Part shown: piece by piece, positions 23,737-38,507 of the stretch | Layout of the letters: every line of letters begins with the position of its first letter | Position numbering within the stretch: position 1 is the stretch's first letter | Assembly: GCA_016748015.1 (NCBI GenBank) | Contig: JAAOMT010000672.1 | Span: 580,406-631,215 of the forward strand | Reading direction: 5' to 3' | From: Geosiphon pyriformis uo1 | Lineage: Eukaryota; Fungi; Glomeromycota | Length of the DNA: 50,810 nt | Made by a program: the position numbers and the translations under genes | The notes under the pieces: generated by a model | What the model saw: the letters and a program-made list of their open reading frames with translations, nothing else | What the model was told of the DNA's origin: nothing | Database searches by the model: none

Positions 23737-25495
23737 ATTACAATATAATATTATTATCTACCAATAATATTCTACAACTGAAAGCACAATAAATATTAGT
23801 CCAATCAGATGAGATTCTATGAAATCTGCAACCAATTATAATTATTGATACAAACATATCAAAATAATTAATCCAAAATAATATAAAAAGACATAATATA
23901 TGTGACAAAAACAACAACAAAAAATAAAAATCCCAGACCACATCTACTTATTGGCTCAAAAATTATTTTAAGCTGTAAATTAACAATAATTGGATATGAA
24001 AATTGTTATTAATTACCAAAAAATCTGCTATTAAAACACCACAAAAAGAAAAAAAAACAAAAAATACGTTATATCAGCAACCACTGAACTTAACAAAACA
24101 TTGGTTAAATAAAATAATAAAAAAAGTAAAAAATACTTTTGGAAAAATACTCATAATTATTCCAACAGAAAAGTTAATAAAAAAAGTTGAAAACAGTAAA
24201 CAAAACAACTTCTAATACCATACTGTTACTATCAATTGAGACAAAAGCTAAATATTTAAGAACTATATACTAATAAATCCAAAAAAATATTTAATCAAGA
24301 AATAATACAGCAAATTAAAGATTTTATCAAAAAAAAGACAAACTTATTACTTCATATTAGAACAATCTATTGGCTATACACTATATTTTAAAATTATTCA
24401 AAAATACTACTACATCCAGAAATGAAAACAATAACTATTAACTAGGGGGGAAGAATAAACAACTTACAAGTAGAAGACATAAAAACAAGAGTTGAATAAA
24501 CAATATTAAAAAAAGAAGTAATAAAATTAATCTAAAATGAAAATTTTGATAGAACTCAATATTAAAAAGAAGAAAATAATATTACTCATAAAAAAGAGTA
24601 CAAAAAAAATAGTAAAAAAAACAGATAAGAAAAAATAGACTAATAAGAGAATAATATTGAGCATATAAGCACATTGTTGATAAATTATGGTATATTCTTT
24701 AATAATATGAGCAATGTCAATAGATTAGGACATATTGCTCAGCAATATGAGCATTGCTCAAGAAATTATAGCACATTTCTCATAAATGTATAAGATCTTA
24801 TAAAACATTAATTATATATATATAATAAGAGTATTAGAAGCAAAAAAAAAGAACACACAACTAAGAATTTTTGGTTATAAAACATAATTAGAAGTAGTTC
24901 AAAATTTATATTACATATCAATAAATTATCAATTACTACTTAAATCCATATTATTATTATTTAATTAAAGAATCTTAATTATCTCTATTCTATCAACATT
25001 CTATGTTAATAAAATCTAACATTTAATTATATTGGAACAATAGTTCTTAATCATGACTATTGATAAAATATTAATTTTTTCTTTTCTTTATTTTTTTTTA
25101 TTTTTTTATTTTCTGTTTTTTTTTTGTTGTTTATTGTTTATTAATAGATTTAAAAAATTTAGTGCTAATAAATTAATATTAAAGATAGTCTGGTAAAAGA
25201 CTCAAAAATAAGAGTATAAAACTTAGAAATTGAGGATAGGTTACTAGAAAGACATGACTGCTAGAATAAATTGGCCACTATGCTGAAAAAAAAAATTGAT
25301 GAAATAAGCATTCCAGAAGATTACTGAAACAATTATTAAATCTTTGTTTATTATACAAAAAACTCAACCAAAAATCTTTAAATATGAAAACCTTCAAATA
25401 TGTAAATCTTTAGATATTAACAATTATATTACTTATTAAGTACCAAGTTACAAGTTTGTGATTTGTATTAACACCCCAAATAATCATTTGTAATA
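23737..25495 (+). mobile_element. 3' remainder of element A0: integrase tail, ORF3 (23924-24565) and 3' LTR (24580-25495)
   Basis: Resumes the integrase broken at 917 and is colinear with 22055-22890. The LTR is a divergent A-type (tattactcata...ttgtaata). Confidence 0.87.
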
Positions 25496-28400
25496 CTGTA
25501 AACTTAGTAATAAATAGATTATTTAAATTGAATACCAAATTGAAGCAATTTGGCAAAGCCATTAATCATAAAATTGAAGAATACTTAGTTAATAATCAAG
25601 CAATTTATTAATTTCCACAATATTATGACAATTAAAAAAACTTCAATTATTTCTAAAATTAATTGTGTCTGTTCTTCTATTAGTCAATCAATTATAACAG
25701 CAAGAGATACATATCTGTTATTATTGTAGTAAATAAGAACACTTAAAATTAGACTGCCATGCAAAGTTAAATAACCAATGATTGGAAAATCAATATTAAA
25801 ACTCTAATTGTTAGTTTCAAACTCTGAACTATATCCAAAATTAGGAATAATTTTAATCTCATTACATCTCAATAATGCAATAACCAATATATTTACCTCT
25901 AATATATAAAACTTTAACACCAGTTATTTATTAGCTACAGCCATAAATTATCTATTAATTACAACTAATTTAAATACTGCTCTAAAATCTAGTTTAAATA
26001 TCAATTAGCAACCAAAGACCAAAAATTATTCACACACAACAGAATTGAAAATCAGCAATAGTAATGTATCAATTAATTTCCAGTTTATTAAATCAGTCAT
26101 CAAAATTACACCAGTAGAGTTTGAAAAATAGATACATTTAAAACCTGAATTTTCAAAGCTATTTAAGTCTCTTGGTTACCCCAGAACTCAATTAATCCAA
26201 AAAATTGGAAAGCCCAATAATACTATTTACCAACAACATCTTGTCAGCCACTGTTATAAAGAATAAATTACTTGTAGCTATATTTTTCTTCAAAATAAAA
26301 GAATCAATAATGTTACTTTTATTCAATAGAATCACTTTTAATGCCAAACTTATCATAACATATACACAGATACCAAAGTTAATGGCCATTTTATTAAATT
26401 AATCTTGATAGTAGTTTAGTAGACAGCATTATTACATGATAACTCATGAACCAATTAGGTTGCTAAGTTAATTATACTGCCAGTATCAGAATTATTACAG
26501 CAAATGAAATAACAAAAACTCTTATTGGTAAAATTAATAACTTTTTATTCAAAGTTAATGGCATTACAACACTCATCAAAGTTTTCATAATAAAGACTAT
26601 GCAGTACCAAACTTTTATTGATAATAATTGGTTGTTTAAGATTAATACTGTATTTAACTAAATCATGCAGAAGCTACAGCTTAGTCAAAATAATCAGTAA
26701 ATTTGGATATCAATTATTTGCAGACACTTTAAAGCTTCTTTAAAAGAGCAATTATTGATTAAGCTAAAGAAAGAAAAAACAAAACTTACCTGAAAAGCCT
26801 ATCAAGTCTTAAAAGTTAAAAATAAACACAACAAATTACTATTAATACTTTTTTAGAATAATAATAAAAAAAGAAAGAAAGAAGACAAGTCAGAAGTCAC
26901 TACTATTACTGAAAAAATAACCAGTAACTGAAATAAATTATACTTCATGAATACAAGAAAAAAACCACTTTATATTTCACTAAGATACATTAATTATAAG
27001 AAGAAGTTTTTTTTTATGAAAGCTTGGATTTTATCAAATGAAAACTACTAAATACATATTTACTACTATTGTAAATCATCTTACCAAGAACATTTTAATT
27101 ACTCTAAATGACAAAAAAAATGAAACAACAAATCATGTCTTGTTTATAAGGAAGTGCTACTCAATAAAAAAATATGGAATAACATTCTTGGTTAAGAAAG
27201 AATGTGTAATATATTATCTCAATACACAATTTTTATTAGCAACTAGATAAGCCAAGGAATGCTTTTTAACACTGTATAAAACAGAATACTTTCACACTTA
27301 AATAGTTACTTAATAATAAGAACAAAATTTGGTGAATGACAAGTGCCAAAGTTAAAGATGTTTCACTTAATGAAATATTTATGATCAAAAACAATCCACC
27401 AAAACTTGTCAAAACTATTTTTATTTTCAATTCAAATGCATTTATTGATATCTTAAGCAATCTAAAACAGTTTTATAAACACTACCAAAATTTAGTACTC
27501 ACTAAAAAAAAACAAAAACAGTATTTTGAACAATTAAATACTAGATTTTGTAAATATTATTTAATTCTAAGTGACTTTGAATATTGTAATAATTGTAATT
27601 TTATTTACAATCTATCATCATACATGATCTATTTAATCTCTGAAAAAAAAGAGCCAATCAGTGAATATGCATTGGAATTAGAATCAAAAATCAATTGTGA
27701 TTCAGATTTTGATAATGACAACAACAACAGTTTCAATTTTATTTACAATAACAATAATAACAATAACAATTCTAATTCTGATTACAACTCTGAACAATAT
27801 ATTATGCTCCCAAATTTTTTAATAGAGCAAAAACTCAAATGGTTTAACAATAATAATGAAAGTATTATGCTAGAATACATATATAATACTAATACAGAGT
27901 TTGATATCAGATATTCAAAAAAAACTGCCATTTAATTGAAATCTTATTTATACACCAGCATAGATCTGAAAGTAGTACTAGAAATTTTGGCAACAACAAT
28001 AGTCTAATTAGTCTCTAGATCTAGTTTAGTAAAAAAAAAATTAATATTAAAAGAGGAATAATTAATACAAGATATATAAGAAATATTATTGCAATACTAT
28101 AAAATAATTCAAAAAAAAATATATAATTAAACCAAATAAAAAATAACAGAGACAATATTTTTGCCTCTGATTAAAATAGCTCAATTAGTATTAGTAAGAA
28201 TAAAGAAAAATTTAGAGATTATGGTAAGAAAGATACAGGGATTTAAATCAACAAATAGAATAAATATACCAATTAATATAGTGAAAAAAAAACAATTAAT
28301 AAAGAAAAAATTATCTCTACTTATCAATTAATTTCTATTTTACTATATAATCAGTATATAGTAGTTATAGAAAAAAAAATGAAAAATCAGCCCCAGATTT

Positions 28401-31155
28401 TTGAAACTAAAACAAATATTTGTGAATTAGGAGAGATTGCCATTACCAATCTTTATATATTAGCCAAAAACCACAAACACATTAAGATTCTTATATATAA
28501 CACAACTAAAAACTTTATAAAAATACCAAGTAAAATTACTATCAAATACTTAAGCACTAAAATTGAAAATTAATTATCAACTACTATTTCAAACTTTCCA
28601 CAACTGTACAAATATATAAATATTACATTACAAACAATCTATAAATAAAAAGAGTATTATTTATTATAATCAAAACAATTATAACAAATAAACTTGAGAA
28701 ATTTAAATTCATTTTAACATATATAACTCAAAATATTACTCAACAATTTTACTGACATTTTTGTCAGTAAAAATGAATTTTGTAGAACTGATATTATCTA
28801 ACACCAAGACTGGAAATACAATGCCAATCAAACAAATAGCATATAAAGTACTATTAGTTAGTTATGAAATCATCCAACAAGAAATTAACAGAATGTTAGA
28901 CAACAGATTAATTTAACTATTAATAAATTTATGATTATTACCAGTGGTATTAGTCCATAAAAAAATAAAAAAATCCACTTTTGTGTAGATTATCAGAAGC
29001 TTAATAATATTACTTATAGAAACAACTATTTAACTTCACAGATACAAAAATTATTTAATGTTTTTAAAGAGAAAAAATGGTTTTTAATATTGAATTTAGA
29101 TAGTGATTACTGGCAATTAGCCATAAATTTAGCCAACAAGAAAAAACCAGCATTCACAATCAGAGAAAAAAATTTGAATTTGATGTTATGTTTTTTGGCT
29201 TAACCAATGCTCCAGCTATCTTCTAATAGTTTATGAAAATTGTTTACACCAGATTACTATGAAAATCAGTAGTAGTCTACTTGAATAACACCAACATGTT
29301 TTCCAAAACATTCAATAATCATTTCTACTATTTTTAACAAATATTTGAAAGATTAAGAAGAGCCAAATTGAAATTAAATACAATTAAATGTTTCTTTAGA
29401 AAAACTGAATACAAATTTTTAAAACATGTTATAAGCAAAGGTAGCATCAAAACAGATTTAAACAAAATTGAAATAGTTAAGAACTTTTCAGTACCAATAA
29501 ACTTGACAAAATTAAGAGTATTTTGGAATTTGCTAGATGCTATTATCACTTTATCCAAAATTTTTTTAAACTGGCTTAACTACTTTACCAGCTTTAAGCA
29601 AAAAAATGTTAAATATGAATAAACCAAAACACGACAAAAAACTTTTAACATCTTAAAAAAAAAGCTTATTTAAGTCTTAATACTAATCTATTCAAATTAT
29701 AGCAAGCCATTTATTATTACCATTAATGTATTCAGTCAAGTATTGAGAACTGTATTGTTACAAAAAAGAGTAAACAAACAAAAACATATGCCAGCTGAAG
29801 TTTAAATCCAGCTAAGAAAAACTATAAAATCTTAGTATTGGAATACTTAGTTATTTATTGAACTGTTATCAAATAAAAAAAATATTTAAACCAAAAATTT
29901 AATGTATACATAGATTACAAAGAATTAACATTAATTTAAAAGCAAAAATTTTGAGACAATTGTCATATAAAATAAAAAATAGAACTATTACCATTTAACT
30001 ATATCATATATTATAAAAAAAAAAAAAAAATAGAAATATTAATAGTTTATTACAGATAAAACAAATCTAAATATTTCAACCCAAAAATATAATAANNNNN
30101 NNNNNNNNNNNNNNNAGAAATAAACAATACTGTTTAATATGTATTCAGATCTAACTGCAGAATATTTTCATAAAAAAGCAATCATAAAAAGAACCAGAAA
30201 AAGATATTATTGGCTATCAATATATTCAGATATTATTTAATATGTTCAAAATTATGATGTTTGTTAAAAAAAAAAGAAACAAAACTTAACAAACAACTAA
30301 GACTAATTAAAGTGAGATCATTAACAATAATTAATAAAGACAATTAATATATAGCAGTAGTCATGAATTATTTTACAAAATAACCAGAAGTAAAAGCAAT
30401 TTAAAAAGCAAATGCAGAATTTGTAGCCAAATTCATCTACCAAGATTTGATTTGTTAACATAGATGTCTAAAAAAATTATTATTAAATCAAAAAACTCAT
30501 TTTGTAAACAAAACATTAACAGAATTAAGTCAAAAATTTGAAATCAAAAGATTATTATTGTCATCATATTATTTACAAACAAATGGCTTAGTCAAAAGAT
30601 TCAACAAAACATTATGTAAAGTAATAAACAAGATTAGCCAAGAAAACCAGAATAAATAAGATTTGTTTATACTATCAGTATTATTTGCTTATTAGACAAT
30701 AAAGCAAGATACTATATAAATAACATCATTTGAACTTGTCTATAATAGAAAAACAATATTACTAGTTAAGATAAATATTAATACATATTTAACAAAATCA
30801 ATAACAAAAGCCAACTTCCAAAGAATATTGCTGAAAAAAATATATAACTTAATAGAAACTTTAAAAAACAAAATATGAACAGCAGCTAATAATATACAAA
30901 AATCACAAGCAAAACAAAAAAAATAACATGATAATTAATTACAAAATAAACCAGTTGAATTCAAAATTAAAGACAAAGTACTCTTACATTATATCAAAAT
31001 AGAAAAACAATAAAATAGAAAATTTGATTTCAAATAGAACAAACCATTTCACATTAAAAAAATTCTAAAAAATTAAGCTTATAAATTAAAATGGAACAAC
31101 AAAATTTTACTTAATACAGCACATAAAAATTGACTAAAACCATATTATAATATAG
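25496..31155 (+). mobile_element. Internal region of an older A-family Gypsy (gag end, protease, Cys-rich domain, dUTPase, RT, RNase H, integrase), heavily decayed
   Basis: Starts in mid-gag (matches about 33950 and 7485). Colinear with A1/A2 throughout. dUTPase at about 27830-28260. Stop after RNase H at 30068-30070. Confidence 0.88.
30096..30115. other. Assembly gap (20 N)
   Basis: Run of N. By comparison with A1, roughly 0.2 kb covering the integrase start is missing. Confidence 0.98.
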
Positions 31156-31590
31156 TATTATGATTAAAACCTATACTTCTTATTAATTATCATATGTATT
31201 AGCCACTAATATTATATAATTAGCCACTCTATTTTTAGATAGTGATCATTGATCAATGACTTAATCATTGACCTAATTATTGATCTGATTATAGACCTGA
31301 TTATTGATCTGATCATTGACCACTTTTGATAGCTATATAAGTGATGAATCTCTTAGCTGTAGAAAAACATATCAGAAATACAAAGCATATCAAAAATCAA
31401 GAAAATCAAATAAATAAAATAACAACTTTTATTTCAATTATTTTCTTATTGCTAAAACTTCTTTTTTTTATCTTCAAGTATCTGAATATCTTGGAATAAA
31501 AGATTACTTATTGGTTATTTCTTACCTTTTTACTAAAATGTATAATTGCAGCATTTGAAGATTATTGAATAAAATGTGACTAAAGAGCAT
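31156..31590 (+). repeat. 5' part of a family C LTR, truncated by the A2 insertion
   Basis: Matches the reverse complement of about 48940-49405, including 12-bp tgacctgatcat-like repeats and the TATATAAG box. Confidence 0.88.
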
Positions 31591-34500
31591 TGTTACTCAT
31601 AAAAGAAAAAACAGATATAGAAAAATAGTAGACCAGTTAGCATATAAGCACATTGCTCAACAATATAGAGTAATATCAGAAATCACAACATATTGCTTAG
31701 CAATATGGAACAATGTTAGAAAATTAAGACACCTTGCTTAACAAATGTGAGCATTGCTCAAAAAATCATAGCACATTGCTTGGGAATGTGAGTGATCTCA
31801 TAGAACATCAATTATGTATATATAATGGTAGTATTAGAAAAAAAAAAGACAGATTTATTAGTTTAGATTTGATCTAAGCAATCTTTCTATCCATAAACAT
31901 ATCAATAAATAATTATTCACTATTTTAATTTATTTCTTACTATTAATACTTCATGTTGATAGTAATTAATACTTAACCACATTAGAACAATAGCTTTTGA
32001 TCATGGTTATTAACAAAATACAAAAACTTGTAATTGTTTTTGCTTATTTCTTTATCTTTTTTTATTTTCTTTTATTTTTTTTGTTATTTTTTTTTACTAA
32101 TTGATTAAGAATTAAGTGCTGAATTACTGACATCAAAGATAGCCTGATAAAAAACCCAGAAATAAGGGTGAAATTACATATATATTAATGGATAGCTTAT
32201 CAGAAGGGCACAACTGCCAGAATAAATCCAGCCACCAAGCTGAGAAAAAAATTGGGCAGAATTGCAATTCCAAAAAACCACTACAATCATTACTAAATCT
32301 CTGTTTATTATATAAAAAACTCCACAACAAAACTTTTAGACCAACCAAAACCTTTGGATCACAAAACTTCTAGAAACCAACAACATTACATCAATTGAGC
32401 ACCAAGTTACAGGATTGTTATTTGTTTCAAGATCCCAAATAATTATTTGTAATATTTGGTGCTTCTTGTGAGATATAATCCTACAGAAAACCAGTACCAA
32501 CAACAATCATTCAAAAGTAGCAGAATCAGAAATAATAGGAACAAACCATTTAGGATTTGCTAAATTTTTATTTCAATAATACAGCCAACAATTGGACTTA
32601 ACCAACAACTATTATTTAGCAAAATCAGCCTTCAATTTTTATGTCAATGAAAAAATCACAGATTTTTTAGAAAAACCAGTTGACATTGAATCAGTAAGAA
32701 AAAATTTCTATATGAAATTAATCCAACACACCAACTTAAAATGAAATTACAGTTTTGCATTAATTATTAGAGAAATTAATCAAGAAATTGAAAGATACAC
32801 CCAACAACAATTCCCCATTATCTATGCAGATAAAGGTAAAAAAAAATTACAAACACCAGCAATAATACCAAAAAAAATACAATTACTAATGTGAAAGAAA
32901 CAAAGAATTGAATCTTCACTATATTCATCATATCATTACACACCTAGAAATACCATTAACATTACATCAATAGGTGCATCCACATTAAATATGACATCAA
33001 CATTTGGACAACTCCCATTTCAAAGTAAACAAAAGAAAGCAGAATTACTAGAAACCTATGGCAATTATTTTGAAGGATTTAAATTGCAATTACCAATACC
33101 ATCAGGATTCTGATTATTATTACCTCTACTAAATTTTGGAACCACAAGTTCTTGGAAAATAATGGCATCAGAAGAAAAAAAAGAAGAGAATCAAGAATTT
33201 AATTATAAAAATCCAATTGCAGAAAATCCAGAAATTGAAACTCTGAATATTTAAACCCAGCAAACTTCGAATAATCCAAACTCCCAGTTAATTAATCAGA
33301 AAAACTTATCTCCAGAAATTGTTATCAATCAGCAACCAATTAATCCAATTGCTGAACAACTTCAACAGCCACCAATACTATCCCAACAATTACCCCTTTA
33401 ACCACCATAACAACTAAACTTAAATTCAATGGTCTATGCTCCAATAGCAAAACTCGAAAAATTCACAAGTGAAGAAGACAATGCCCAAGTGTGGCTAAAC
33501 AATATTGAAAAAGCCATCACAACTAATAGATAAAATAATGCCAAAGCCATGCAAGCCATTTCATACTTTTTTCAGGATACTACTGACTTATGATATCAAA
33601 ACTTGGCCAACAAATCTCAAGACTTCAATGTATTTAAACTTGCATTTCTACAATATTTTAGCAACAATAATAGTATTAATTATCTAGCAAATACCTTCAC
33701 TACCATTAAACAAGGAGAAAATGAAGCAGTCACTATCTATCTAAGATGCTTTTACAGAAATTTGTGCCAAATTCAAGCCATACAGGCTGATTATTTCACA
33801 GCACCACAAATTCTAAATCAATTCATTAAAGGTCTGCACAGTAGCATCTTCCAATGTGTATGCCCATTGCACCCAGTAGACCTTTAAGCCACTATTACAA
33901 ATGCTAGAGATTTTGAAGCAGTTGAGCTTGAAGCTAACTATGCTTAAGCTGTAAATCTAGTAATAAACAGATTATCTAACTTGGATTTTAAATTAAAGCA
34001 ATTCAGTGAATTTGTTAATCAGAAATTAGAAGGATACTTAATTAACAACAATCAAGCAATTTATCAACCTTCTCAACAACACAATAATCAAAAAAACCCC
34101 AATCATTTCCAAAATTTATTACATCTATCATCATTGACCAATCAACAGTGACAACAAAAAATGTGTGTTTGCCACTATTGTGATAAACAAGAACACTTAC
34201 AAATTGATTGCTGCTATTGATTAAATAACCAATGATTGGAAAATCAATATTGAAATCCCAATTACTAGTTTCAAATTCTGAATTATCAACCCAACCCAGC
34301 ACCATATCAACCTAATTACTTACCCATGACATAGCAGCCAATCTATCAACCACCAATTTATTAGCCTCCAGCAATTATAGTTTATCAACAACAGCCACAA
34401 TCTCTCTATTAGCCACAGCCCCAAGTAATCTATCAACCCCAAACAATTCCAACACTACTATTAAACTCAGCTCAGATAACATTCGGAAATCTCAGATTGA

Positions 34501-35989
34501 GAACCACCCAAAACTGGAGATCAGTGATGGTTGTCTATTAACCAATTCTCAGATCTTCAAACCAGCCCTTAGAATCATGCCAGTAGAGTTCAGAAACCAG
34601 ATATACCCAAAATCCAAGTTTCCAGAATTATTTAAGTCTTCTAGTAACTTCAGAAGATGCCTTATCCAACAACACAAAACTCAACCAAAAACAACCACTT
34701 ACCAGTAACATACTTTCAGCCACCATCACCAATGACAAATTACTCACAGCTATCTTTCTATTTGAATTTAAGGAACTGACATTTACACTCTTGTTCAGTA
34801 AAACTGCATTCAAGAAAAAACCAATCACTACTATGTATACTGATGCCAAAGTCGATAACCATTCTATCAAGCTTATCTTTGATAGTAGGTCAGCAGACAG
34901 TATTATTACACAACAACTCATAGACCAATTAGGTTGCCAAGTTGATTATGCTGCCAGCACTAGAATTATAACCACTGATGAAGTAATCAAAACTTCAATT
35001 GGTAAAATAGATAACTTCCCATTTGAAGTCAACAGCATCATAATATCAATTAAGGTATTAATAATAGAAACAACTCAGTACTAAGCTCTCATTGAGAATG
35101 ACTGGCTGTATAAAACCAATGCTGTGCTCAACTAAAACACCCAAGAACTGCAGCTTAGCCAGAACAGCCACTATACATGCATGCCAGTCATTTGTGGTCA
35201 CTTCAAGACCACTATCAATCACAAGCCACTTATTGAATTAGAAAAAAAAGAAAAAAAACCTACCTGAAAAGCATACCAAGTTTTCTGAGCCAATATCAAA
35301 CACAATAAGCTACTACCAATACTTTCTTGGAATGACAAAAAAAAAGAAAAGAAGAAGACACACCAGAAAAAGATGCTACTACAGAGGAAATAACTAGTGG
35401 CTGAAAAAAAGAATACTCATGTAAGCCAATAAAAAAGCCACCATATATATCTCTTAAATACAAAAACTGTAAAAAGAAATTCTCTTCTATAGAAGCTTGA
35501 ATAGCCCTTGATAAAGACTATTAGACCAGGACTCACTATTACTACAAGCCATGCCATAAAAAATGCTATGGATACCCAAAAAAACAGAGAAAGTAGGACA
35601 ATAAACTGTGTCTCACTTGTGGCAAATGGTTACTTGACAAAGAAATGTGAAATAACATTCCTGATTAAGGAGAAATGTGTGACACTTCATCTCAGTACAC
35701 AATTCTCATAAGCAACTAGATCAATTGTGGCACTTCTATTACTGCAGCTTGGCATTGAGCACTGATTTGCTTGGACAGCTACCCACATGATGAAGATAAA
35801 ATTTGGAGAATGGCAAATGCCAAAGTCAAAAAAACCATGTCCAGTAAAATTCTGAAAATTAAGAATAATCCCCCAAAACTGGTTGACATTGTTCTTATCC
35901 CAAACTTAGATGCTTTTTTCAATATAGAGACAGATCCAAAGAAGTTTCATAAGCACTACCAAAATTTGGCACCAACAAGAAAAGAGCAA
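31591..35989 (+). mobile_element. Gypsy A2, 5' half: LTR (31591-32454), PBS, gag, protease, Cys-rich domain
   Basis: tgttactcat start, PBS tggtgcttcttgtgag at 32457, gag ORF 33603-33887, protease ORF 34791-35084 (IFDSRSADSII). Cut by LTR B2. Confidence 0.9.
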
Positions 35990-38223
35990 TATTACCAGAC
36001 AAAATTAGAGATATTGTTTAACATAAAATTACTTTTATAAATCTTATCATTAATTAGCATATATTATCATTTCAAATCATCACTTATTACATTAGCAAAA
36101 TATCTGAAATTAGCATTTAACTAATAATCCAATTGGTACATAACACAAATATAACCTAAGTGCAATGATTAATCATGCAATATCCTAAAATATATAACAC
36201 TCAAAAGTTCGCCGAAATTTGTAAAAATTTGCCAAAATAATTGATAGTTTACTGAAATATCTAATAGTTCATAGAAATAACTTGTAGTTCACCAAAATGT
36301 ATTTTTAGTTTAGCGAAATTGTAGAAAAGAGCAAAGTTCAAGTTTATAGAATAGTATTATGACAAGTTGTATAAAAAAAGAGCTTCTCTTTTTGAGAAAA
36401 TGTATCTTACTTTAGATTTATCTCTTAAAACCGTTCCTATACACACAAAAAGAAATAAATATCAAATAATTCGAAAAAACCAAATTCTTTAATTATTGTA
36501 CTTGGAAAATCTCCAAAACCCAACTAACATTTCGAAATTGATTAGCTACTAATTTCAGTAAACTGTTAGTGACTCCAGGTCTGGATAGAAAATGTTTCTC
36601 TTGATAGAATTCTATTTCTTTTACATTTTTTTTATTTTCTTTCTTTCTTTTATTTTTCTTATTATAATCATTAGGGTAGCCTACAGACAAGATTCCTGTA
36701 GAAAAATTGACTTTCACAGCAAAGTAACTACACATTTTAGTAAGCTTCTAAATGAGCAATTCCTGGGAAAGAGTTGACGTTTACTACAACGTAACTACAC
36801 AAAGCAACTGGCATGGAATTGGCCATTTCACTTATAAGCCCAGCAAGTTCAAATTATAGAAGATAATTTGAAGATAAATTCAGTTATTGGAGGTTCAAAC
36901 ACTTCCCATAGTCATGAATTAACAGCATTACAACAAACATACAAGAGCTAAGAAGAGACCAAAAACCTCCAGTAACATTTAGTGCTCTCCCACAGAAACA
37001 ACACAGCAAAAACAAACTTCAAAGTGGTGACCATACCAGACACAACAACTCTAGAGTATTACCAATCAATTTACACTCACTGCAAGCAAAGATTCAACAT
37101 TCCAGACGGAATTGAAGTTGTCAAGAAATCAGTATACCAATACATTGAAAACCACATCAACAATTATCTTTTTGGAAATTACAATATCTCAGAAGTTAGA
37201 AGCAACCTTTACAATAATTTAGTATACTACTCACAGTTGGAAACTGAAGATTTTAATAGTGAAACACTTGCCACTTACTTTCAAGAACTAAATTTTAACA
37301 TTATCCAGTACTGTGAAGAAACATATCCAGTGCAGTCTCAATACTCTATTGATTTTGAATCAGAAACAGAAACAAGCAACAAAAGCAAACAAAAATTGAA
37401 ACAATACTCAAAAACCACCCCAAATACTCCAATACTACCAAAAACAACTGCCAAACACTTACAAACACCTGAACAAGGAACCAGTTCAAAACTTCCACTT
37501 ATTATCACACCTTTTCTAGCTTCACTTGCACAAGCATAAACACCTAATTCACCCTTAAATCGATTTGCAAAACTAAAAGATTTTACATCATCCAGAAGTC
37601 TCACCAGACAACAAGAACCTCTTCAAACTAGTTCCAATCTCCTTGACTTTCTAGCTGAAAATCGAAATAAACACTCTGAAACAGTAGTGAACAAAAAAAA
37701 TGACTTTGAAATATCTGAAAAAAAATCAATAGACAGTGAAAACAAAGAAGACAAAATGACAGCATACATTGCAAAAATCTCTAAATTCAATGGAAAAGAC
37801 ATTAAGACCAGTCCCCAAGAATGACTTGACCAAGTTACTAAAGCTGGAGATGCAAATAGATGGAATACTGCCAGAATGTTAAAAACAATTCCCTACTTTC
37901 TCAAAAGAACAGCAAACGAATGGTTTGAAAACTTGACCACCCTTTTTAATGACTGGACAGCTTTCAAAACTGCCTTCTTAGAACAATTCACCAATAATAA
38001 CACCTCAATCACTCTTCAAAATTGTTTTCACAATATCAAACAAGAACCCTCTGAATCTGTTATGACTTATATTGGGAAATTCAACAAACTTCTCAAATGA
38101 ATTTGCCAACTTGAAACTAATGATTATTATTCTGATGCTCAAATCTTGGATCAATTTATCACTGGTTTAAAAGATAAACTGATTAAAAAAGTTTGCCCAC
38201 ATGCTCCAGAAAATTTAAACTCT
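35990..38223 (+). mobile_element. Gypsy B2, 5' portion: LTR (35990-36977), PBS and gag, truncated
   Basis: Highly similar to 8119-10330. Similarity ends abruptly at ...tttaaactct. Confidence 0.93.
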
Positions 38224-38395
38224 GGAAATTAAGTACTATTATATTATATAAAAGCTAAAAAACAATGAAATGGAAAGTTTAACTCAAAATAGAATAGACT
38301 TTTTTATATACACAAAGTTTTAGACAATAGAGCTTACAAATTAAGATTAGAAAACAGAATTTTAAAGAAAGTAGCACATAAAAATTTTTATATAA
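38224..38395 (+). pseudogene. Gypsy integrase C-terminal (GPF-region) fragment
   Basis: Reads VLLYYIKAKKQ*NGKFNSK...AYKLRLENRILKKVAH, homologous to 15880-16040 and 21885-22040. Confidence 0.75.
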
Positions 38396-38507
38396 AATTT
38401 TTATTAATTTAAATAATTACTTTTTAAAAATATTTATAAAAATTTTTTTGAAAATTATAATTTAATTTAAATATATAATTTGTTTTTTAAAATTATTGTT
38501 TATTTAG

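Noticed and set aside
36592-36777. Hydrophobic small ORF in LTR B
   Set aside because: Comes from a T-rich LTR tract; its ATG is ACG or ACA in the other two LTR B copies.
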